Assembly (NCBI GenBank): GCA_030167865.1
Contig: JALAGF010002275.1
Location: 1 to 39,354, forward strand
Source: Craspedostauros australis
Taxonomy: Eukaryota
Direction: 5' to 3'
Length of the DNA stretch: 39,354 nt
The notes under the pieces are model-generated. The model was given only the letters and a program-made list of their open reading frames with translations. It did no database searches and was not told where the DNA came from. Position 1 is the first letter of the stretch; each line of letters starts with the position of its first letter. Below, piece after piece: positions 1 through 9,267 of the stretch. Made by a program: the position numbers and the translations under genes.

Positions 1-1407
1 TGCTATGGCAAATGGAATTGGAAGAGCTGAAGATGTTATGCTCACAGTTCTGAGAATGCAACAACAGGAATAGGTAATCAGATATAACTAATAAGGCTGG
101 GTTACCCCGGATTTCCAACACACCCATTCAGTGCACTCTTCCATGTTGTTCACTCACTTTTCTCACATGTTCACTGATGATCACACTTGGTTCAGAACAT
201 GGAGTTCTGGCACAATTGGCCCAGTCCTTCGATGATGTTCCAGTCCACGCTTTGTTCTCCTTTGGTGGTTCTCTGTCAGACACGTAATCATGTTCTGGGT
301 TCTGAATGACACAACTGTGATAGTGTATTCGCATAGATGTTTCAGGTCGACTGGTCAACCCTCATGCTTGGAACACTTCGGTGTTCCAGTCTCCCTTTTG
401 CATCCACTGTTCGCCATGTTAGTTCGCCAATCATCTCAAAACATGTCACATCATTAGTCTGTCTGTCGTCCGTCATACTCTTGACACATAGAGGAGGATG
501 GCTCACAATTGACTTGGGAGTGTGTACGACTTTGGTAGATTAGCAAGTCTATTTTTGGTATTATGGGAGGTGCGGCAATCTAGGATAGTACGACATAGTC
601 GCACCCTCGATTCCTGACATCTCTCCAGAACAGCGTGTGCGTCTGCAACGACTGTGTTGTTGAGGACACCAGAAAACGAATGGCGAAGCGTGCACCATGC
701 CACGTTGCGGAGTACTCATTGCGGTCCCCACAATACTCTACTGCTCCTGCTCCGTATTTTTCTTTCGAATGGTATCTATCCATGAGATCCTTACCTATGG
801 ATACTTATGCAGCACAACTCAAGGATTGCTTCCATCCGCACAAGGAATCCAGACTCATCTTGCAGCTACCAATGAGCTTCCTTTCGCAATCCCTGAGAGA
901 GTCTGACAAGTCGAAAATGGGTGAAACAGAAGACCGGCTCAATGCAGGATCAATGGGGCTTGTCACCCTCCCGAATCCACAGTCGGCAATGATTCCGGAA
1001 CGCGAGGATGAGATGAACGAGACTGCGGATTGGTGACGTAAAGAGGGTTTTCCGAGAGGACAAAAATGGTCAACGTTCTGCAACCGCCGTGCATAGTCAA
1101 CGAAGCGATGCAACTGCTCTGCATCTAGATCATGTTGGGTGGGCAGAGATTGATAGACACAGAAGCACTGTCGGTTGCGGTCCCATCTGCATTCGTGGTG
1201 CTGTCTACCCAGCCTGTGAGCTGCGCCATCGCTACACCCGTGGCTGTTCAGAAAGAGGCAACAATATTGAGACGTACACAGTTCGCCAAGTCGATAGGTA
1301 CACACCCCAGAGATTCAGCCATCAAGCACACAGTCAGCCCGCACATCAATACAACGAGCGAACGCCGTAGCCCAACACGAGTACTCTTCAAAGACTGAGT
1401 TTCCACT

Positions 1408-1440
1408 ATCCAGCATTCAGCATCCAGCATTCAGCATCCA
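1408..1440. repeat. Short tandem repeat, 14-bp unit ATCCAGCATTCAGC x~2.4
   Basis: Read directly: atccagcattcagc atccagcattcagc atcca. Confidence 0.7.
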
Positions 1441-2157
1441 ACAAGCCGATGATTCAAATCACGGTGCTGAAAGTGGCAGCTAGATCCGCGACTCCATCCA
1501 TGGCTGCCGGCGCCCCCACTGTGGTGGAGACAAGACACACTCTCGAATTGCACACGTTCTCCACCATCGCCGGCGAAATCCTCCCCGCCACGACGACAGC
1601 GAATACGGGCCCCATGCCAGGATCGAGCGTTTCGACTCTACCTCTGCTTTCCTCGCAGCGACTGTCACCCGCCTCCAAATTCATCTGTTTGGTGCCTGTC
1701 GCACCATGACTGGCCTCACCTTCCCATTTGTGTCAACTTCAACAGCTCAAAGCCAACAGCAACGATGGCAGTCAGGGCAGTCTGCAGCTGACTTTTTGGA
1801 AATGCTTCGCCTATGCACGAATAAAAAGCATCGAGATAGCTAGAGGGCGTGACAAAGGCAAGCACAATCTTGCGGTGGACTTGTACATACAAGCATGCGG
1901 AGTGGAGCAATAGATCGTGAGGCGAGAAACAAAGCAGGGGAGTCCGTTTTGTGGTGTGTACAATAGAGCAGAATATCACAGCGAAGAAGTGCAATTAGAA
2001 CAATAAGCACATAGAGAGTAGAGCAGAGCCCGAGTTTGCGTTGGAACAAGTAGTCGTATGCACAAGTGCGGTATCATGATGAGATCAGACTGGTGCGCAT
2101 AGAATGACGAGCGAGAGGGGAAGGCGCCCTTTGGGTGCTTGCGTGCATTTCTGGAGC

Positions 2158-2166
2158 AAAAAGAAA
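2158..2166 (-). terminator. Probable RNA polymerase III oligo(T) terminator of the permuted tRNA-Cys
   Basis: Minus strand reads TTTCTTTTT immediately after G37 of the 5' half; the T5 run is at 2162-2158. Confidence 0.65.
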
Positions 2167-2244
2167 CTGCAATCGAACGCTCTACCACTGAGCTATATTG
2201 ACTTGGGCAGTCAACAACGTGAGTCGAACACGTGACCATTCGAA
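2167..2244 (-). tRNA. trnC-GCA: Circularly permuted tRNA-Cys(GCA): 3' half 2244-2209, 6-nt spacer GCCCAA 2208-2203, 5' half 2202-2167
   Basis: Minus strand reads T TCGAA TGGTC ACGTG TTCGACT CACGT TGTTGAC T - gcccaa - GTCAATA TA GCTC AGTGGTA GAGC G TTCGA TT GCA G. Reordered, this is a 72-nt cloverleaf: acceptor GTCAATA/TGTTGAC (6 WC + 1 GU), D stem GCTC/GAGC, anticodon stem TTCGA/TCGAA, T stem ACGTG/CACGT. Anticodon GCA is at 2170-2168 and the discriminator is U73, the known Cys identity base. Confidence 0.85.
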
Positions 2245-2281
2245 TGGTGCTTTGCGTGTGATACTACGGATAAAATTGACG

Positions 2282-2289
2282 TTTAAATA
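2282..2289 (-). promoter_or_regulatory. TATA-like element (TATTTAAA) upstream of the permuted tRNA-Cys
   Basis: Minus strand TATTTAAA lies 38-45 nt upstream of the 3'-half start. Function is inferred from position only. Confidence 0.4.
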
Positions 2290-2853
2290 CTCTCAACTCA
2301 ACGGAAGAACGCACAAATTGTTTCGAATCATCCCAGACCTTCATCCATCGGAAATACAGACTCTGTGGAACACGGTTAGATCAAACAGACTTGACCAGAG
2401 AATAGTAGGAATCCATAATATTCTATGATTTCACATTGTTCTCTGTAGAGAGCATGTGGCTGCTTAATTTTCTCGACTGCTTCCTCACCACGTATGGTAT
2501 TATCGTCAAGTTCCAATGGCGTGGTCCGTGCCGGAGACATCTCTGCACGAGGATAGCCGGCACCCTGCAATGCTTCCGAAAGTTGCTTTGCAGACGCCGG
2601 CGCACGCCAAGCAAAGGCATCAAACAAACAACCCCCCAGAAACTTGAGAGGAAGGTCCATCAATGGAGTGCAACCTTCTGTGGAGGCGAGGTGGTTGCGG
2701 ATGTGAGACTAACCAGGGGGCGCACGATACGCGTTTTGGTAACACTCACGAGAACAGCCAGTTCTGCGTGGCACAGAAGCAACGAGAAAGGCCTCGAGAG
2801 AAAACAAGGAAAAATAAATTATGAACTTAAGTTCTGATAATTCCGCAACAACA

Positions 2854-2926
2854 GCCTAATTAGCTCAGTCGGCAGAGCGCACGACTCTTAATCGTGTGGT
2901 CGAGGGTTCGATCCCCTCATTGGGTG
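2854..2926 (+). tRNA. trnK-CTT: tRNA-Lys(CTT), intronless
   Basis: 73-nt cloverleaf GCCTAAT TA GCTC AGTCGGCA GAGC G CACGA CT CTT AA TCGTG TGGTC GAGGG TTCGATC CCCTC ATTGGGT G. Anticodon CTT at 2887-2889, G73, and TTTT at 2935-2938. Confidence 0.95.
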
Positions 2927-3780
2927 CGTTGACGTTTTGCCTCTGGCGACCATCGGCGCTGCACCAGCCTCGCCAGTCCTCATTTGATTTTGCCATCGTG
3001 CCTCTTTGAATGCTGTCTTCTGTGCTGCTCTACTCGAGGGTGCTCCACTATTCTTTTCTTGCAGCGGATGTTGACAGATATCACATCTCCAGTCAACCCA
3101 CCAAAATGCAGAATCGGCGCACGCTTTAGCACGGCAGAGCTAAGATTCTATCTGCAGATCGGACAATCCGCTCGCGAGGACTATCACCTTGGACTCCGTG
3201 CTGTATCCAGATCCTTCCACGTCTCCGCTCTTCTGTGGACTGTCTGTGTTCATAATCCTTCTTCGCTGCGATCATTTGATTCGTTGCTTGCGTGGAAGAT
3301 GTGATCATGAGCCTCGACTCCACGAGCACATCGATTCGGCACAGCAGGCCATAGTAGTCGTACGAGTATCATAGTCGTCGCGATGGCGACCAACGATGCA
3401 CGATACATGAGGTGCCGCAAACTGCACAGAGACCGGTCACCACAAGGACGAAAGAGGGAAGCGTGTCATGTGCACGTTCCAACAAATGCCAACGTGTTGT
3501 GCGTCGCTCGCATTAATTAACTGAGAAGACTGCGACATTTCGAGTGTCTTTCGCCGAGTTGCTGAAAACTGGTGATCAAGACGGCGACAAGAGTTTGGCG
3601 CCACGATGAGCATCCACGCTCGTACTTTGCTCCCTGTCTATTATACCGCACTCCAACACACGCTCCACATCACATCACATCACAATCGCAACCAGCATGA
3701 AGCTCGAGCCCGATTCCAAGTCTGACTTTGAAGGATAAAGCTCAAGATCAACCTCAAGATAAAGAGAAGGAGGCACGAGG

Positions 3781-6700
3781 ATGGACAGCCCTCCTTCCTC
3801 CCATGATGCGACGCAACGCAATGACAGTAACAACGACGTCGAAAGTGCAGCCGAGACCAGCGTTGACCACGATGTTCTGGAAGCCGTAGATCTGTTGAAC
3901 GAGGTGCATAGACAGAGGCATGGAAAGATCCATGGGCGCACCGAGTTGCGAGTAGATGACCGTGGTGCTGGCTTTGATCACGACGATGCTGATGCCATTG
4001 ACGACGATGCAGCCGTCAAGGATGCAGCAATCATGGAGAAGGAGGTTACCAAGTCCAGAACAACAAGTACAAGTGCGGTCGATGCGGCTGCTCGAAGCAA
4101 GCATGCTGTCGGAGCGAGAGCACGGCAAGGAACACGATCCGCCAACGAAAAGATTATTTCACGCCCACTCATGTTGACATCCGCATCTGGAACATCGCTT
4201 CCAATGAAGCAGGGCAAAGCAAGCTGCAAGCCAGGTTCCACGGCTGGCACAGCACGATCGTTGCGACCGACCATGCGGATGGAGATCAAACTGGCGAACG
4301 ATATAAATCCGGAACGTTCTGCAGATTTGTTGATGCCTCAGGTGCTTGCATCAAACCAAGCAAACCAATCAAATGCGCTTCGCAATACAAGTCGAGCAAG
4401 CCGGGCGGGTGGATCGGACTGCAACAATGAACTCATCGATCTTAGCGATCACACTGGCGATCACATCGGCGATCAGACCACGGATGGTGTCAATGGAGAT
4501 GCGGGCGATCACCCAAATTCTCCTTTTGCCCAACAACAACAACTGCAACCACAACCACAACCACAACAATTGCCGTCTGGAGACTCCAATGGTACATCAC
4601 CTCACCAAGCGAATGCTCATGTCAGTACGCACCACGCTTCACCCCGTGAGCCATTGTTTGAAGCCACCTTGGTCGTGGATGATCCGGATGACATTGAAAG
4701 GCAAGCGGAAGAGCGCCTTGAGGAGCTGGAACTCCGCGCCCTTCGTTTGGAAACAGAACGAGCAAGGTTGCTGGGCCAGGATCGTGCACATCTTCATGCG
4801 CGCGACTCAAGCAACGTTCCGACGCTGAACACGTCCGCCTCATTTTCTGCCGACCCCAGCTCCACCGGGATGCTCTTTGCGTCCAGCGAATATGCTGCTC
4901 GTACTTCTCACGAGTCACCGGGACAGTCGCAGTCGCAATCACAGCCGCAGTCGCAATCACAGTCGCAACCACAACATGGACTTGGCAACGACGCCGGCAC
5001 CGCCGATTTCAAAGGCAATAGCAGCGACTTCATAGCAAGCAACCAAAAAACGATCATTGCAAAGGCAGAGGTCATGTCTCCGGAGAACAAGGTGTGCGGC
5101 TTCACTCGGAACTCCTTGGTCTTGATTCTTGGTTTAACCTTGCTACTCATCGCGGGCGCGGTGGTTGGAATCGTTCTCGGCACGCAGGACAGTAGTAGCA
5201 ATAGCAAGAGTTCCAGCAGCAATACCAGCAACGAAGATGGCCGCGAGGAGCCAACTATGACCATTTCCTCGCCGTCCCCAAGCGACATGCCCGCGATGAA
5301 TCCTGCGTCATCCGCGACACCGACACAAAAACTGACACCGGCTCCAACTTCGTTGCCAACGGTCGACACTGAAACCTTGCTGGAGGAAAGGTATCAGCAG
5401 CTCCTTGATATCATGATCGCCGACGAGTCGCCCAACGCCATCGAAATCATTTCAGATTCGTCTTCAGCAAACAGCAGAGCCATTCGGTGGATGGCGCGAG
5501 ACGATCCGGCCCAGCTCGACTTCTCCACATTCCCTCGCCGCAGGCTCAAAGAACGATACGTGATGGCCTTGTTCTACCTCCACCATCGTGGCAATCAATG
5601 GTTTACGAGAGTTGGCTGGATGTCGGAATTGGATATTTGCTTGTGGGAGGGACTGTCCTGCATCGGTGCCAGCCAAACTATTTCTCAAATCGAGGCCGGT
5701 ACGTTCCATTCTGTGCGACATCTCCTCTATTCTACGCGCAAGTGCAAGTGCTCCGATTCTTTCATTTTTCGCTTTCCATCTCACGCATTCCCACACGTTT
5801 CCCATCTTGCACTCCCAACCAACAGGCAGCAATTCTCTGCGCAACAACCTGCTGACAGAAATAGGGACGCTTGCTGATCTAAGAACGCTCGATGCGAGTA
5901 AGTTACGATAATTGTCGATGGAGTCTGACAGAGTCTGCACACCAGCTATACGCACCAACTACAAACCATGCACGTGATGTCATCAGCGGATCGTAGCCTC
6001 TCATGAACCTCACCATCGTTGCCTTTTATTCATTCTCACTGCGATTGCTTTCTCATTCACCCATCCATTCACGCATCTACCTCAGGCGACAATCTGCTAG
6101 GTGGCACACTCCCTTCGGAACTTGGCATGCTGTCCGAATTACGCAAGGTTGAGTTATGTAAGTAGCGCAAGCGGCAGGAGGAGACTAAACGATTGGCGGA
6201 TGCACTCCATCGATCTCTGTCCTTGCTTTCGGTTGTTTCCACACAAAAAGAGTGAGAACGGACGCTGCATCACGATTCTCGACGAGTACGATCTCTCAAT
6301 CCTCACAGAATCAGGACCGGGGACTCCGCTTCATGTTGCCGCTTCATTGCCTTGCGTCTTGCGATATCGATCGATGCAGGGTCATGCGAGCGGGAATGCT
6401 CTCTCGAGGTCTTCAAACTCACCGCTTCCCCCTCACCATCACGTACTTTGATGACACGAAATGACACGAACCGCAACATCGTGAAATTCCACGTTATCCT
6501 CATCTGTCGCTTTGCTCGTACCACTCCAAAAAGCAGATGATTGCGGACTCACCGGAACAATACCCACTGAGATTGGTAGTCTCATAGACCTGAACTATCT
6601 TGATTTAGGTAAGCCTTGCATGCGGCGACGGGAAAGATGGCGACGAGATTGGTCTGCACATCGTGTGGCGCATATCTCCCGCAATACGCGTAGAAGACAT

Positions 6701-7182
6701 CGCTCGTCTCAACAGCATGCGATACGTTTCACCGCTGTTCACGATGGTGGTGATTTTGTCGTCGTCGTCGTCGTTACCAACATCACACATATGCTTGATG
6801 ATTCGCACTCACACTTTCCGGCCGCACGCTTTTGCTTGTTTCTTCCTTGTTCTGGGCTTTCGCCATTAACCAAATTCTAGAATTCAACCTCATCAGCGGC
6901 GCCTTCCCCACGGAGCACATGTCAGAGATCAGCATTAGCGAACTGTACACCGTGGAGATGGGGAATGTGACGGGCAATCTCAACCCGTGGCTGTGCACGG
7001 GGTTGGACAACAGTATCCCCCGAAACGGAGGGCTGTTCGCAACAACGACATGCCTTGGCGCCAACCCAAGCATTCGCTGCGACTGTTGTGCGATTTGTTG
7101 CGATGAGAATGAATGCTGCGGCGAGACACCGACAGGGAACGAGTGCGTACCCCTTGTTGAATATGAAAACCTCGTATGCTGA
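3781..7182 (+). CDS. Single-pass membrane leucine-rich-repeat (receptor-like) protein, ~811 aa; exons 3781-5698, 5826-5897, 6086-6157, 6537-6608, 6881-7182
   Basis: Long disordered N-terminus, TM helix SLVLILGLTLLLIAGAVVGIVLG (~5113-5181), S/T/P stalk, then an LRR N-cap (ERYVMALFY...W...W.S...CLWEGLSC). Three 72-nt exons each encode one plant-type LRR (e.g. DNLLGGTLPSELGMLSELRKVEL), followed by a Cys-rich C-terminus (CDCCAICC). All four introns are GT...AG and phase 1; the spliced length is 2436 nt (812 codons), ending at TGA 7180-7182. Confidence 0.85.
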
Positions 7183-7770
7183 GCGCAGACACGCGGCTCT
7201 CATTGGCGTTGGAGTTTTCGTTCAAAGAGTCAGGGCAGTCCACCAGAACCACCCGGCTCCTGCGAGTTGCCGCTCCTCAATTCTTTCCGAACAGTCAACC
7301 AACCAGGGCTCAGCGCCCGATGCCGCAGCACCAAGCATCACATCGATGCTTTGAAATACATTGCGAGAGTTGAAGTTGTGCACACACTTTTAGTCATGCG
7401 ATTCTGAATCCGAGTACCCGCACAGGACACAGCGTGACACTCCACCCAACCACCATTGGGATGGAGTGATCTGGCACTGGGACGAGACGGTTGCTTTGAA
7501 TGCGCACAGGAATAATCATTGCATTTTATCCGAATATTAGTATCAGACAGTTGAACACAATAGTGCAATTGAATATTATACAATACACATACATGCTTAC
7601 TCAACGGCACTATCAAACGGCGTAAAGCCCAGCATTTCACTCTCACGAAGTGCTATCCTATTATACCCTCTTCTCCATCTGTTCGTTCTCCGCACGCAAC
7701 CAAAGGTCGCTCCGGGCAGCATCTGGTGCGCCTCACGCAGCCGACGATCATCCACCAAACTGGCATTGAT

Positions 7771-9267
7771 TCAAAGTTGGGACCGCTTGTTTGGTCGGAA
7801 GGTTTGTGGCATCGCCACTTTTCTCTTGCGATCGCAACGGGCACGGATCACACGCTGCGACATCCAGCTCGTTGCGAGCGTGTTGCTCTTGGCGTCAGCC
7901 CTTGGCTTTTTTGCGCCACCCAGCGCGCGAAGCCCTGTGGCGCCTCTGACCTTGGTGACACATGGATGGACAGTTCCACTTCCGGCCGGGACGCTGAGAA
8001 GCATTCGGGCCGGTGCTCGGACGTTGGTTCGGTTGGACATACCGAGGACACTTCTGTTGGGGCCGCGTCGGGTTCGATCGACACAATCGCCAACGGTTGC
8101 GCGACATGGCTGTTGCCCCTGATACTGCTGCTGCTGTTGTTGCCCACTTCCTTGGCCTTCGTTTACTTGGTCGTGAGTTGGCACCAAGCGACCCATGTCA
8201 TGCCGTTGCATCCAACCACTGAGCGTGCTCATCTGATGCTGCAGCTCCATCTCCTGGTGCGACACGGATGTGAGCTTGCGCAGCAACGTGTTCTGCGAGT
8301 TCATGAACTCGAACTGCTGGCGTAGGAAGGCGTCGTTGTTGCGATCCATTGCATTGTTGTTCTCCATCTGCGCCGGCTGGGACCCTGGTTCCCAAAATCC
8401 GAGCTGCTTGTCCAAAGTCCAACCACCATCATGGGTGTCCACCATAGCTGGTTGTTGTGGCGCCGGGAAGAAGCGGCTTTGATGCATCTGCATGATGGCC
8501 TTGCGCAAAGCCACGTTGTTGGCCTCCGTGAGTCGCATGGACTGATTGAGCTGCTGAACCGCGCCCTGGAGCCGTTCTGTTTCGACCTGAAGGAATCGTA
8601 CGTACTCCATCATGGCTGGATTGTCGCGCAGATTGCTGCACGCGTCCATCGAATGGCGTTTCGTTCGGTGCTGCAGATCGCCACGATCGCGCAGACGACC
8701 AGCGACGTGCACGTCGCCCAAGACAGCATCAGCGTATCGGAACAGCGAATCGCGAGTCGGATCCTTGCCAGTGGCAAAGGCAGGTCCATTGGATCCGGTG
8801 GCTACCTTTCTTCTGGCGGCTGCTACTGCAGCAATGCTACTACCACCGCCCTCACCAACATCCTTGCCATCGCTGATACGATTGTTGGACGCAACAGCAT
8901 CCGCGACTGCGCTCGCCTGATTCATGGAAGCGATACCCACAGTCCCAACCCCACAGCCTGCTCTTGTGCCCATTATCGCTTGTCTTGGTGTGACTGTGGC
9001 TGCTGCGAGGTTCGCCACTCCAGCTGATCCCTTTGCTGTTCCTTCGGTCAGAGATGGGAGCACCCCAGAGGTTGGATCCTTAGTCAGTCCCTTCAAAGCT
9101 CTCGATCGGCCTCCCTTCACAACCAAGGGCCCCTGTTGAGGATCACCCAACACAGCAAGACTTGATGCTCGGGTTGGCATCAAATTTGGATTCGCAGATG
9201 ATCGGAAGGAAGTTGCCTCTCCGCACCTTCGCTTCTGCCGTCTCTTGCCTGCAACGATCCGAGGCAT
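7771..9267 (-). CDS. Hypothetical protein (~498 aa) with predicted coiled-coil and Q-rich segments
   Basis: 1.5-kb ORF; first ATG at 9267 (the track start at 9282 is GTG). Heptad-like stretch MMEYVRFLQVETERLQGAVQQLNQSMRLTEANNVALRKAI and a basic N-terminal cluster KRRQKRR. No recognised domain. Confidence 0.55.
   Translation of the reverse strand: MPRIVAGKRRQKRRCGEATSFRSSANPNLMPTRASSLAVLGDPQQGPLVVKGGRSRALKGLTKDPTSGVLPSLTEGTAKGSAGVANLAAATVTPRQAIMGTRAGCGVGTVGIASMNQASAVADAVASNNRISDGKDVGEGGGSSIAAVAAARRKVATGSNGPAFATGKDPTRDSLFRYADAVLGDVHVAGRLRDRGDLQHRTKRHSMDACSNLRDNPAMMEYVRFLQVETERLQGAVQQLNQSMRLTEANNVALRKAIMQMHQSRFFPAPQQPAMVDTHDGGWTLDKQLGFWEPGSQPAQMENNNAMDRNNDAFLRQQFEFMNSQNTLLRKLTSVSHQEMELQHQMSTLSGWMQRHDMGRLVPTHDQVNEGQGSGQQQQQQYQGQQPCRATVGDCVDRTRRGPNRSVLGMSNRTNVRAPARMLLSVPAGSGTVHPCVTKVRGATGLRALGGAKKPRADAKSNTLATSWMSQRVIRARCDRKRKVAMPQTFRPNKRSQL

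Noticed and set aside
1-1400. Possible degenerate transposon or LTR end (…TTTCCAACA at ~120) and several short ORFs
   Set aside because: No recognisable gag, protease, RT, integrase or transposase motif in any frame, and no second LTR copy in the window. A repeat-library search is needed.
1900-2400. Alternative reading of the tRNA-Cys as a normal intron-containing gene or a tandem pair
   Set aside because: No T arm or acceptor 3' strand downstream of the 5' half, which runs straight into oligo-T. No D arm upstream of the 3' half; the GTCAAT at 2280-2275 is not followed by TAGCTC.
2376-2760. 95-aa minus-strand ORF between the two tRNAs, with a possible GTGAGT...CACAG intron (2749-2678)
   Set aside because: Protein-like but with no recognisable domain, and I could not build a coherent gene model. 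It may be a gene relic.
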